DNA of 64,000 nucleotides from NCBI GenBank assembly GCA_002269645.1, contig NIVC01001269.1:177205-241204 (forward strand), given 5' to 3'. The DNA is from Macrostomum lignano. Taxonomy: Eukaryota. This document shows positions 21,416 to 33,896 of this stretch, one piece after another. The stretch's first letter is position 1. Each line of letters begins with the position of its first letter. The position numbers and the translations under genes were made by a program. Below the pieces are notes generated by a model. The model saw nothing but the letters and a program-made list of their open reading frames with translations, was not told the DNA's origin and searched no databases.

Positions 21416-23665
21416 CTACCGAATCATACACTCGAACATCTTCATTGAGTAGTCCACTCGCAACACAGGGTCAGTAGGTGACAAATAGTAGTAGATACCA
21501 TTGTGGTCGTATGCGTCAGGTGGGTACAGGTAAACTCCATTCGGGTTCATGAAGGCGCACCAGTTAAACCACCAGCCAGGACCAACAGCAGCGCAGCTTC
21601 CATAGAACCAATTATCGTTATCAGAATCGATGGTGGTGAATTGCATGTTGTTCATTACGAGATTTGATGAGGTGAGTTGTCCAACGTTCGACCTGTTCGC
21701 GCCCAGCGGTCCCATCGAGCACCTGTACTTGTCGAAAGCTGGCCCTACAGAGAACGGAGCATTCTCAGCCCAGTACCAGTTGTCATTACAGTCGCTGAAC
21801 TCCCAACGGACTCTCCACACTCCAGTGGCGGTGAGCTGGTGGAGCTGCTCCAGTCCCATCCAGTAGTTGAGACTCTCGCCCTGACCGAATCCGCTCGCGT
21901 ACTCCGACCAGTTCCGGTTGAAGCTGACGGAGCCGTCGACTCTGCTGGAACGTCCGCCAGCAGGTCTCCGACGGATCCTTGATCTGAAGCACAAACCAGC
22001 AACGTGTGGCGGCCAGACTGTACGCGACCGGCAGCACCAGTACAGCCGCTCTGGAAACCCCCAACCTCTGTCTAGCTGAGGTGGGGTGGTTGCGCACCGA
22101 GCTATCCGGCTCGCTAAGCCGGGGGTTGGCGTAGCCTATCACGCCACGCCACGCCACCTTTTCGCACCTCCCTAGGCCCCTCAATCTCGCGCTGTTTGTA
22201 ATTATATAAACACACGCAGAGCAGCACAAACTCTTCACTGCCACTCCATCTATGGAACTAATTAAGGCCTTCCGCCTCATTGGTGAGCCTGATTCCCAGC
22301 GCGGAACGCTGGGTCTACCTGGTCGGCCCTGTGCGGTCTTGGAAGCCAACCGCCTTGGCCGACTGCAACGGCAGCACAGCAGCACCACAGCCCAGCAGCC
22401 ACAGCAGTACCCCGCAGCACGAATCGGCCCAGTCAGCCCGCCCCCCGGTAGCTCCTGGGGTCTCGCCTTTGGGCCCCCGCGTTGGACCAACCAGCGCCAC
22501 ACGCTGCAGCTCATTCAAGGTTAGCACCGCTGCTGCTAGCCTAACGTCCCCAGCCTCTGTGCAGGAGCCTCGACCCGGCTCACGGCGGCAACTGACTGTC
22601 GATTGCCTCGGGTGTGGTCCGGCCGCGCCCCTGCTGCTTTCGGCTCCCGCCTGGCGCCCTGCTGCCTTCGGCGCCCGCCTGGCGCCCTGTTGCCTTCGGC
22701 GCCCGCCGCGCGCCCCTGCCGCCTTCAGCGCCCTGCCGCCTTCAGCGCCCTGCCGCCTTCAGCGCCCTGCCGCCTTTGGCGCCCGGCTGACTTCGGCGCC
22801 CGCTCCTCGGTGCCTTCGATTCTTCGGCGCCCGCTCCTCGGCGCCCGCTCCTCGGTGCCTTCGATTCTTCGGCGCCCGCTCCTCGGCGCCCGCTCCTCGG
22901 TGCCTTCGATTCTTCGGCGCCCGCTCCTCGGCACTCTCGCTGCCTCGGCTATCACCCGACGTTCTGGCACTAGCTCTGTGCTGGGGGGAGCTGTGTGGCG
23001 GCCAGACTGTACGCGACTGTATGCAGCCGCACTGGAAACCCCCAACCTCTGTCTAGCTGAGGTGGGGTGGGTGCGCACCAAGCTAGCCGGCTCGCTAAGC
23101 CGGGGGTTGGCGTAGCCTATCACGCCACGCCACGCCACCTTTTCGCAACTCCCTAGGCCCCTCAATCTCGCGCTGTTTGTAATTATATAAACACACACAG
23201 AGCAGCACAAACTCTTCACTGCCATTCCATCTATGGAACTAATTAAGACCTTCCGCCTCAAACGTCAATTAAAATCCACTTTTTCACACAAACTATAAAT
23301 TGTCATATTAATTACATGCAAATGGAAGCAGCATGAAGCGAAACGGGTCACCTACCCAGAGCATCGGCAGACTCGCGTCCTTCTCGTGTCGACACTTCCT
23401 GCAGGCGTCCCTGCCGCCCCGGTCGCACTGCAGCAGGGCGCAGTCGCCCGACTCAGCGTCGAAGGAGGCCGCGTGAGCCTCGGCTACTGAATTTTTCATC
23501 AGAGTCGGTAATCTTTGGAACCTTGAGCACAGTGATCAGCTTGTACTCGGTGATGTCGCCTCGGAGCTGCTTCCACTTCGATTGGCATCCGGCAGAGACG
23601 GTGGGCAGTGACAGAAAACAGCAGGTAGCCACGCACAGCAGAAGTCGCGCAGACGGAACCATCAT
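21416..23665 (-). pseudogene. PAN-like + fibrinogen-related domain gene, copy A (exons 23665-23356 and 21983-21416), pseudogene
   Basis: Paralogue of 25045-26038 with a 2-bp deletion in exon 1 (GACTGTCTG to GACTCTG, early stop), a 2-bp deletion in exon 2 (CAGCACAGA to CAGCAGA) and a TRIM in the intron. Confidence 0.85.
22005..23260 (+). mobile_element. Non-autonomous LTR retrotransposon (TRIM), 1256 bp
   Basis: Direct repeats 22005-22279 and 22994-23260 with TG...CA ends; 4-bp TSD AACG; PBS-like TGGTGAGCC at 22281; purine tract GGGGGGAG before the 3' LTR; non-coding GC-rich interior with tandem repeats. Confidence 0.93.
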
Positions 23666-25044
23666 CTGCTCGGATCGCAGCGGGTTTTTCGAATAATTCC
23701 AGTAAGCTGTCTTTCTGAAAAATGCTGACCTGCCAGTCATCGGCCTGTACGAGTGTGATTACTGAACTCAAACTTTTTCAGAGCGCGGCTTCCTGTTGCA
23801 TATTCTGTACATGTATTTATACAGCATATCGACAGGCTTTCAATGCGACATGAGCTGTGTCTTCTGACTTCAATTGACTGACTTGTGACAGCTGAGGCGT
23901 TTATTTAACTGAGCAGCAGCTGATTTGAATTTGAATTTGCTGCTTTTGTCTTCTTGTCTTTCAGCTTTCAGAGACAGCAGCAAACAGGTTCTGGGTGAAT
24001 TGTCACGGATGTATGACGCTTTTATGCACGGCGCCATTGTCAATTGCAGAGTTTCACTGACAATGCCGATCGAAGCGACACCTGCTTTGGGCGGTTTTGT
24101 TTCACGGCACCGCCTTTTTACAGCTTCTTTACAGCCGTGAATCGCTCAAGAACAGCTTCACTAGGCTGCCTTACGATAGAAAATCATCCATCAGCGACGC
24201 TTTTGGGTCGCATTGTCTGTCTTCTTTGGCTTACCTCGCAAGACTTTATAACTGCATGATTTCTTTTGCAGACGTTCTAGTGAGAGTTCCATGCAGTCGG
24301 GACTCCTTTTGATCTGTGAATCAGCTTACCGACTGTCACTTGCGCCTGTCTGTGCATTATGATTATGCTATTCACTACTATCCATAGCAATGGCACAACC
24401 AGGAGTTTGTTGAAGAGGGAGGATTCCGGTAAGTGAAAGCCCAAAGGGGAACGGGGCAGTATTTTGGTGAAAAAGCGCTTGTAATTCCTCCCATTATTTT
24501 TTTTCAAGTCTCCACTGAAGAGCCCCCCCCCAGCCCCAGGGTTGCGTTCCTTGGTCCTTAGCCCAGTAGCTACGCTGCAACTGCCTTTATCTTTGTGAGC
24601 ATTTAGGAATGCTGTGAGCTGGAACGGTTCGGCTCAGTCAATTTTAGCCAAAGAAGAGCTCGACAATAGAAATGACATGGTGCTTTTTTACCTGCTTTTC
24701 TAGTTTTTTATCCACTTGTCTAGCGTGTCTCTGCAATGAGAGAGCAGTGCACCAGCCAATCACTGCAGGCCAGCACGGGTGAAACAGATTATACATATCT
24801 CTATTTAGCTGTGGCATGATAGAAAACTGCGTCTAATTCAAACAGGGGAAGATACTATTCCTGGACAGGAAACAGTAGCGCCAATAGTTAGTCAAGCAGT
24901 AGAATTCGTACCAGACAAATAGTCAAAATTTATCAAGTCTGAGGCCTTCGAAAATAAAGTGGACGTTGAACTCTCCGGTACATCTGAAATCACACCAAGG
25001 ACCACTAGCTAGTTAAGTAGTCCTTGAATCACACTCGATCAAAA

Positions 25045-26038
25045 ATGGTTCTGGCCCTGCGACTTCTACTGTGCGTGGCTACCTGCTGTTTTCTGTCGCT
25101 GCCGACCGTCGCTGCTGGATGCCGATCGAAGTGGAAGCAGCTCCGAGGCGACATCACCGAGTACAAGCTGATCACTGTGCTCAAGGTTCCAAAGATTACC
25201 GACTGTCTGATGAAATCGTCAGCGGCCGAGGCTCACGCGGCCTCCTTCGACGCTGAGTCGGGCGACTGCGCCCTGCTGCAGTGCGACCGGGGCGGCAGCG
25301 ACGCCTGCAGGAAATGTCGACACGAGAAGGACGCGAGTCTGCCGATGCTCTGGGTAGGTGACCCGTTTCGCTTCATGCTTCTTTCATTCGCATGTAATTA
25401 ATATGACAACTTATAGTTTGTGTGAAAAAGTGGATTTTAATTAACGCAGTTGTTTTGTACTTCAGATCAAGGATCCGTCGGAGACCTGCTGGCGGACGTT
25501 CCAGCACAGAGTCGACGGCTCCGTCAGCTTCAACCGGAGCTGGTCGGAGTACGCGAGCGGATTCGGTCAGGGCGAGAGTCTCAACTACTGGATGGGACTG
25601 GAGCAGCTCCACCAGCTCACCGCCACTGGAGCGTGGAGAGTCCGTTGGGAGTTCAGCGACTGGAATGACAACTGGTACTGGGCTGAGAATGCTCCGTTCT
25701 CTGTAGGGCCAGCGGCCGACAAGTACAGGTGCTCGATGGGACCGCTGGACGTGAGCAGGTCGAGTGTGGGACAGAACACAGAGAAGCTCTTGTCAGCGAA
25801 CAACCAGCAGTTCAGCACATCCGAATCTGATCATGATGGTTGGAGTGGTGGCAGTTGCGCTCAGATACGGGCTGCTGGTTGGTGGTTCGGTCATTGCAAT
25901 TCCTTTAATCCCAATGGAATGCATCTGGTGCCGCCCGCTACAACTGAAGGCGTCGGAATTTACTACTATCTTCCCTACTCGGGCCCTGATTTTAATACAT
26001 ACTACTCAATGAAAACATTCGAGTGCCTGATTCAGTGA
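25045..26038 (+). CDS. Secreted PAN/Apple-like + fibrinogen C-terminal (FReD) protein, copy B (exons 25045-25353, 25466-26038), about 293 aa
   Basis: Signal peptide MVLALRLLLCVATCCFLSLPTVAA; FReD motifs FQHRVDGSVSFNRSWSEYASGFG, YWMGLEQLHQLT, FST...DHD...CA....GWWF..C...NPNG; phase-0 intron tgg|gtaggt ... ttcag|. Confidence 0.9.
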
Positions 26039-27403
26039 TTAGAACCAAGAGTTTGCAGCGTTTCTGAAAGTTGAGCGTCGTTAGCCACAGCTTGTGGTCC
26101 TCACATATTGATCGAAATAAATGTATTCTGCCCCAACGTATGATGTAAAGTTACACGATCCCTCTGGCATAGGGACGCACAGAGTAGAGCCCTGAAAGAA
26201 GAACGCAAGAGGCAGAGCTTAACCGGTCGTAAACTTATGGCCGATCGTTCTGCTCGAATCAGTTGAGTTGGCGGTCTCAGTTGCCGGATTGTTTTCGCAA
26301 TAATTCGTCTTTCGTCTTTTCTAATGAGCATTAAGATAGCTAGGAAAATCGCACAGTAAAGTACTATATATTATACTTTGAAGTACTTAGGGTTGTCTCG
26401 GGCTGGCCTGGTAGGTCTTTGAATCCCACCGCTGCCACCAGTGAAATACCTGTGCTTCTCCTGCTGTCCAGCACAGTGGTTTGGGCTCTCCGTCTTCTCA
26501 CTCGGAAGCCTTCTTAACTCTCAGTAGCGTAGGTAGTGCTGCCACCAGTTCCTTCAGGTCTCGGCCTTCGATGAGGTGAGCTTCCTGTCGGAACAAAATA
26601 ACGAAGTCAACGAACTCAGCACAACGTGCAAATTTGCAGCTCAACGTACAGGGCGTCTTGTCAGCAGTACCTGCCGGGCTTGGTTGGCGGATGGGAGGGC
26701 TGTGTTAGCCTCTCGTAGGCTCGGGGTTGGCTTTAGTAGGGTCTCAGTCAGACCAATAGCAATGAACTCAATGTACGCAGACGGGCGTTCAGTACAGGCA
26801 CTCGAACTCGGAAACTCACAACTCGAGAAACTCCTTGACGGAAACAAGGGGGAGAGGGGTCCTATTTATAGCCGGGATTCTCCCGCGCACAAGACCTCGT
26901 GACTTGTTCATTAGAACTGATGTCACTTGAGGTCTCCGGGCAGAGTGCGCCAGGCTGTGACTCAGTGGCTATTTTTAGCAACATGAGTCACTCCTCTCCT
27001 TAGAGAAGGGAAAGAGCCTTAGGCACGTGATTCTCCCGGTAAACAGAACCAGCGAGTGCAGTAAACATGTTTACCGCACTTTAAGACTCCAAGAACGCAA
27101 GATCTGTCATGTGACTTGCTCACATGACAGGAAACCGGGACGGGAACGAAACAGAGACAGCCCACAGCAGAAAGGCTGAGGGCTGAGAACAGAGGCGCAG
27201 GAAACGAGCAGAGCAGGAAAAAGGGGCAAAAAACAGACCGACAAGGGGGGCGGGAAGCTGACCAGCGGCAGACAGTAACCCAGGGCGAGGACGAGGGCGA
27301 GGGAACTGCTGACAAAGGGGGATGCCTAACACTAAACTAGCGGCTCACTACAACTTTGTACGAGCTACATGCAGTAAATTGAGTCAGCTGCTGAAAGAGA
27401 CCA

Positions 27404-29302
27404 CACAGCTATCTTGAAGACCAGTTAAGTGACAAAAAATTGCCCAAAAAACGGGTTGTGTTTTCAAAAACAATGCACCACTAGAAGTTTTTATATAAAT
27501 TTTCAAAATGATTTTGCGAGATATTTTTATTTTATTGCATGTTTTTACTTTTACAATGATTTCTGTGCTGAAACTATAGTATCTGTGGTCTGGTAGTTGA
27601 GGGTTACTTGTATAATGTATGGCATACGTATAATTTTTGATCAAACATATCAATACATAAATTAGTAAACTTCATTAAATGAAAAATGGTGAATAATATT
27701 AGACTTTCATTTTGATAGAAAATCACCTTTACCTTTAAAAATAGTTATCAACTAAAAGCAACTTGTTTACTGGTGCCGTGAGTTGTACACAATTGTGCAT
27801 TTCAGCAGCTGCTTGCTGTACTGTGCACTCGTTTTCGCCACTTTGTAGCTGCTGTCCCAGAGGCGACTGAAGTCCGCATGCACAGCCTCACTTGCCTGCT
27901 CCGACCAGAATCCAAGGCCATGCAGAGCTGATCCAGGCATTTGCGGCTGGTTGCGAAGAAATGGAGCAACATGCTCAAAGACAGCATGGACTTTAGGGCT
28001 GACAGGAATGCCAACATCCTTGTAGGCCGCAGCAAATGCCTTTATTGCTGCATCGTAGCCGTCTAAAAGCACCAGTCCAAAACAAGTCCTACAGACTTCA
28101 CGAAAGGTGCGAAGGGCTTGTACAATAGGCATGGCTGCTATGGCACCGCAGTCTTGCAGCATTTGCTCAAGTGAGTCGACACTGTTTAGCAGCTTGCTGC
28201 AGTGGTTGCCAGTAAACTGCCCACCTCGATATGGTGCCTGCCAGATGTTTAAACGATTAGCAAAGTCCTGTGCTCGTATTGTACAGTTGGAGATTGACTG
28301 TAATTGAGAATCAAGCTCCTTGAACAGCCGATTGACAATACCTAGCATCAAGTGCAACTCCATTGGAGGCACAACGTTGATCACCAAAGTCTCGTCTGGA
28401 AAATCAAGCAGCGGCATTCTAACACAATTCTTGAACCTGGCAGCCGAGTGCCTTGTGCTACTTGTCTGCTGCACCAGCTCTTGGTAGCTATTAGCATTCT
28501 GTCGTATGCTGCCAAATGACCGCAAGGGAACTTCATGATGCATGCTACAGAATTCTTTGCAGTTCAACTCGCACCATGGACAGGGGTGACTGCTGCTGGC
28601 ACACTGGAGGCCAAGTAGTGCGTTAGCCATCTTCATGTCAACAGCAAGACCGAAACGTACCTGTTGCAGTCTCAGAAGGTCCAGGACAGCCTTGATGTTG
28701 AAGTAGGACTCTCGAACATCTTCGACAATTGCAAGGATCAGCAGTTTTTTTCACTCCACTATCACAGAAACGAGAACTGCATGCGGCAACAGAATAGCTT
28801 GTCTTTGTTTTAGGTTGTTGCTCTGCTCCAATTTGCACAATAGTGAGACAGACCTTCAAGAAGTTGCCTCCTCCATCTATGCCAATTTTAACTTCAAAGT
28901 TTCCTTCTTCAATGCAGTGGTGGTACAGAAGGCTATCAATGAGTCCCTCCGGGTCCTTGCAGTATACAACGTGTCTCATCTCTGTTGCTGCATCCTTCCC
29001 AGTCTAATATTATTCACCATTTTTCATTTAATGAAGTTTACTAATTTATGTATTGATATGTTTGATCAAAAATTATACGTATGCCATACATTATACAAGT
29101 AACCCTCAACTACCAGACCACAGATACTATAGTTTCAGCACAGAAATCATTGTAAAAGTAAAAACATGCAATAAAATAAAAATATCTCGCAAAATCATTT
29201 TGAAAATTTATATAAAAACTTCTAGTGGTGCATTGTTTTTGAAAACACAACCCGTTTTTTGGGCAATTTTTTGTCACTTAACTGGTCTTCAAGATAGCTG
29301 TG
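27404..29302 (-). mobile_element. Chapaev/Transib-like (CMC group) DNA transposon derivative, 1899 bp
   Basis: 302-bp inverted repeats (27404-27705 and 29001-29302) with no mismatch seen, beginning CACAGCT; 4-bp TSD ACCA; internal transposase. Confidence 0.88.
27767..28979 (-). pseudogene. DDE transposase catalytic core, 5'-truncated, one +1 frameshift in an A7 run at 28745-28751
   Basis: KIGIDGGG (D1), AVDMKMAN...HPCPWC (D2 plus CxxC), PPMELHLMLG, FTGNHCSKLL, KVHAVFEH, GFWSEQASEAVH (E). Removing one A joins the two ORFs (DSGVKK/LLILAIVED). Confidence 0.85.
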
Positions 29303-29527
29303 ACCATCTTTTACGCCAAGGTACAGGGTATAAAACTTCAGGAGTTGCCACAAGGGCAGCCAGACGTCGAAATAAATAACAAAAAGGGGAAGGGGGAGAG
29401 AGCAGACGGCAGTCAAGCCCAGCCAATCAGCGCACTGCGAGGGAGAGAAAAACATATACCAGGAAGGTCTGGCCAATCGGACCGCAGAAAAGCTGGGTGG
29501 GGTAAACTGGGTCGGTCGCAACCATGT

Positions 29528-29530
<3 letters not shown>

Positions 29531-29625
<95 letters not shown>

Positions 29626-29640
29626 GTGAGTGAGTGAGTG
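29531..29640. repeat. (GA)n then (GTGA)n microsatellite
   Basis: Direct reading. Confidence 0.95.
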
Positions 29641-30769
29641 AGGCGCCCCGTCCTAGCCAATCGACTGGTGACCAGTCAGAACCGGGGAATAATTTGTCTG
29701 AACTCTGAAAACTGCTTTTAGAGACACAGGGTTGCTCTTGATTTATATTATGCGTCATGAAAACCTTTGTATTTTATTTGTTTCACTGAAATCAAAGGGG
29801 GCAAATAAATGCCAATGTGTTTGCAGACTTTTCAGCGAATATACGCTTTCTTTCTATTGAATTCGTCCACGAAAACGTTTCATCCAGTTTGCACAATTGA
29901 TTCAGCTTAATTGATTCAAGAAACGAGCTGCTTTATTCGATAGAAAACAGCGAAAAGCATGCAATGTCAACGTCCAAATGTTAAATATTAAATTTAACTG
30001 TCTTCGTAGTTCGAATAACGGCCGTGTGTGTAGTCAGTCCATTGCTGGTACTTCTCTAGTGTAATCGCATGCAGTGCAGAGTCAGTTCAAAGCGATGGCG
30101 ACTGATCGATCAGACAATACCTGATGAATTGCGTGAACTGACAGAGGCCTCTTCACTGCTGCCTTCAGATATGAACCTGCTCGCTTGTTTACGGTGGAGA
30201 CTACGGTGGAAATTGAAAGGTGCCGTGTTGCGGTGAAAGTCCAGTGACCAGTGACCAGTCCAGTGAAAGTCCACTGCTAAGATATGGCCAAGGAGGCAGT
30301 CATCAGGTTTTCATATGGCTAGTCACATCTCGCCACCTTCACAACTCATGGGTCTTTTCAATAAACTTTAATTTAGTTGTCGAGTGCTCTCGACTCATGG
30401 TTGAGGCATGAGGACGAGGATCTTCATCTAAATTTGTAACGTTTCAGACAGATTCGCCTGCAGAAGCTTGACAACTGACTTAACCTGCTGCCCCTACAGT
30501 TGATGATTCGGAAGCCCTGCACCCATGGCAAGTTCTCAATTTGTGCGAGTTTGAATGTTTTTGTTATGTTGTGGTTCTTTCGAGAGTCTTTGCTCCCACA
30601 GTTACTTTTTATTTTCTTTTGGCTTTCTTGCCAGCTTTGCCTCTTTACATATAAATATTATTTAACGTACAGCGCGGCTCACATTAAGTCATAGACATAG
30701 ACAAGTCTGCTGTGGCCGATAAATAAAACTAAATCCACAGCAGTTTTGTATCCACAATTGTCTTGGCCG

Positions 30770-32577
30770 CGTTTCTTGTGATGTCCAAGAATGTCCGCGG
30801 CACGTTGTTTCCGCAACCGCGACACGCTGGCGGTGCTCGGAGACCTGAACGCAGTCCCGCGGAGGTCCGAGCGCTCGCCCTTTGTCGCCTCTGTCACCTT
30901 TGCGGGCTGCAAGAGAAGGCGACGGAACGTACGCGGACGGAATGCCACGAGGAGACTGGCGCAACTCGATAATGCGCTGGTTCGCACTCGCGAGCGCCGC
31001 CGCGTCACCAACTGCGACACTATGGCTCCACGGGCTCTCCGGTCAGACCACCGATTCCTGATCTGCGACTTGCGGCTCCGCAACCAGCTCTACCGACCGC
31101 CAAAGCAGCGGCCACAGCGATACTATCGCACACTGTTGGACACTCGCGTGAAGCGTCAATTCGCGGGTGCCTTCGTCGGCGCGCTTGGAGACCAGCGCGC
31201 TTGGAGACCAGCGCGAGGTGGAGTATTCCGACATCAGCACCGCCGTTAGAGCCGCTGCGGAGCAGACGGTCCCGCTGATGCGGCAAGCGCAGAAATTGCT
31301 GCCTGTCTGGCAGAGCGACCCGACCGTCAGGCAGGCGCGGCTCAACATCGAGCGACTCAGCAGAAACCGGCGGCCCACAGGCGACGCTGAAGAGGCGTTT
31401 GAGCGCCTTCTAGACGAGCGGCAGCAGGCCGCTGTCGACGACGCCGTCAGATCCATCACTTCAGCCGGCCCCGACGTGAAGAGCCACGCATCCGCCAGTC
31501 TACGCTGATCATTGTCTTCGTTGACTTTCGAAAGGCGTTTGACTCGGTGTTGAGAGCCGCGCTCCCCTTCATCCTTCGAGCCTACCGGGTCCCGCAGCAG
31601 CTAATCGACGCTATCATGTCGCTGTATCGCGATACTCGAGCTGCTGTGGTGACGGCGGACGACCTGTCTGACCTGTTCGATACTTCATCAGGAGTTCTGC
31701 AGGGCGACACGCTAGCGCCGTTCCTCTTCGTGCTGCTGCTGGACTGGGTGCTTCGGACCGCACTCTCCTCGGCTAACGACGGCTTCCTGCTGCGCAGACG
31801 CATCGTTCGCCGCCACGGCAAAAAGCGCCTAAGCGTGCTTGGCTACGCCGACGACCTCGCCCTCCTGTCCTCGTCCGTTGAAGGCACCCAGCGCCAGATC
31901 GACAGGCTGGTCGAGGTGGCATCGAGCGTCGGTCTGATCGTCAACACGCTGAAGACCGAGGTGCTGACTGTGCCGGCCGACATCCCAGCGAACCTGACGT
32001 GCCGCGGCGCAGACGGGCAGACGACCAGGCTCGCACGCTGCCAGCGATTCACCTACCTCGGCGGTCTGGTGCCCCACGTGGAAGAGGACCTCCAGCTGTG
32101 GCAGGCGGTGGTCGAAACCGTCCTGCTATACAACGCCGAGACGTGGACGCTGTCGGCTACGCTAGAGCGGCAGCTGGACTCGGCGCACACAGGGCTGCTC
32201 CGTGCGGCCTTTTGAGCTGACGAGAGCGTCGGGACCGAGGCCCTGTACGATCGGGCCAAGCTGCAGCGCCCGTCCACCATCCTGCGCCGGCGGTGACTTC
32301 AGCTGGTGGGCCACGTGATCCGGGCCGAGGGCTACTGCCCCCAACCTGTTCAAGACGTCCTGCTGCTCACCTTGCAGGGTCCGTTCAGGCGGGGTCAGGC
32401 CCGAACCCGTCGATACGTGGACTGCCTGCTGTGCGACACTGGGGCGCCCAACACTGCCAACGGAGCGGACTTTGTTCGCTCCCAGGCTCTGCGGCGCGCC
32501 ATCTGACGCGCCCTGCTCTAACTATGACCTCTTGCTTGCAGGGCCGCGTATTTTGTTGTGTTGTTGTTGTTGTTGTT
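30770..32577 (+). mobile_element. Degenerate non-LTR retrotransposon (RTE-like LINE), 5'-truncated ORF2 with frameshifts and deletions
   Basis: APE remnant VLGDLNA...RSDHRFL; RT motifs FVDFRKAFDSV, GVLQGDTLAPFLF, GYADDLALL, FTYLG, VLLYNAETWTL; (TTG)n tail near 32550-32577. Confidence 0.9.
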
Positions 32578-33896
32578 TCCCATCGCAGCCTTCTTTAACA
32601 GCTAAGGCTAATCGACTGCTGTCTTCGTTTGACGCTGTCAGGTAGGGACCTCGGTGCATCTTTGAATGCTTTTTGGGAATGTTTGGGTATGTAGAATAAA
32701 GATTTGAGTGGATGCAATAAAGACAAAGACGAACGGTTTTGTGAATGTTGACTAGAATACACAGTTTTCTCTAGTCTAGCGGACGAAATGTTTTGCAAAA
32801 TGTCTATGGCAACTCGGCTGTCTGGATTTAGCCCCTATTGTACCATGACTACGTGGCTATCGGGCTGGCTGATATTCGATTATTGCCATAGACGATTTCA
32901 TTTTGGCCCGAAAAGCCGGGCCGATAATGGATATTTCCTTTATTCTTTCTCTTATATATGAACTGTATAGTTTCTCACTAAATAATTATGTCTATGGTTG
33001 AAATGTGGGGGCTTTGCCCCCACACCCCCATGCCCATATTCATAAATGCAGCTCATGTACTCGTATAACTCAGCCACACAGTCTATGGTACAATCATAGT
33101 ATTACCCAGGCTTTAAGGGCGATAATGCGAAAGCCAGAGGGCGCCAATCAGGGCGGATATAGAGTCAGGGCGGATGTGAGTCAGGGTTTCCCATGGTGCC
33201 ATAGACTAAAACGCTTGGTGACCGGAGGGGGTGGGTGGATTCTAAAAATCGGCCTCAGATTTTCATCCTTATTGGCACTCTATACTAGGCGACCTCAATA
33301 CTCTTTGGGCTCATTCAATTTCGGCAATGCGATATTCTATTTCATACCATCGTGAGAGCCTTTATTCTTTCCATGGACACAACTTTCTCATTCAATTTCA
33401 ACACAGCATTTTGGCGCGCCTTTTTAGTGTACTGTATCAGTCTTCAACAGCGCCCCCTCTCAAGCTAACTGGAGCATGATGAACTGATTTCAGTTTTTAT
33501 TGAGTTTTTATTGACAAGTAGAGACGTCAATAAATCTAGATTAGATTTAGATTCAATATACTGCTGAAGAAACTATATATTTTCATTAAATGAATTTTTC
33601 TCTTGACGAGCGCAAGCATGGTATTTAGCCGGCATTATGATCAATAATTGTCTAAGCCAAACATTCCCTGGTTGTTTTCACTGAATACGGCTCGTGTTGA
33701 ACATTTTGGCTAATCAAAGACGCTCAATTATACGTTATGAAGACCGTTTTTTCCAGTGCAACTCTGTATATATAACATACTCGTACTTTTTACGCATCTG
33801 TACGTACTATGGTTATCATTACCAGCTTTGTACAATATCCGCATCAATCAGCATATGGGTTTCTTTTTTATTTTTCTTGCCAGTGCAGTTCGCAAT

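Larger units (their letters stand above)
26385..29760 (-). mobile_element. Unclassified LTR-like/regulatory-rich interspersed sequence split by the DNA transposon
   Basis: GC-richer non-coding tract with CTATAAATAGG, several GATTGG and TGACTCA motifs and a (GA)n tract; continuous across the ACCA TSD; ends not defined. Confidence 0.3.

Noticed and set aside
23925-24312. Short ORFs between the FReD genes
   Set aside because: No recognisable motif or consistent splice chain; may be decayed sequence
26378-26395. TTAGGGTT at the edge of the LTR-like tract as a telomere-addition or Penelope/Athena signature
   Set aside because: Single hexamer, expected by chance; no RT or repeat array
32960-33440. 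Possible MITE
   Set aside because: Could not define convincing TIRs or a TSD
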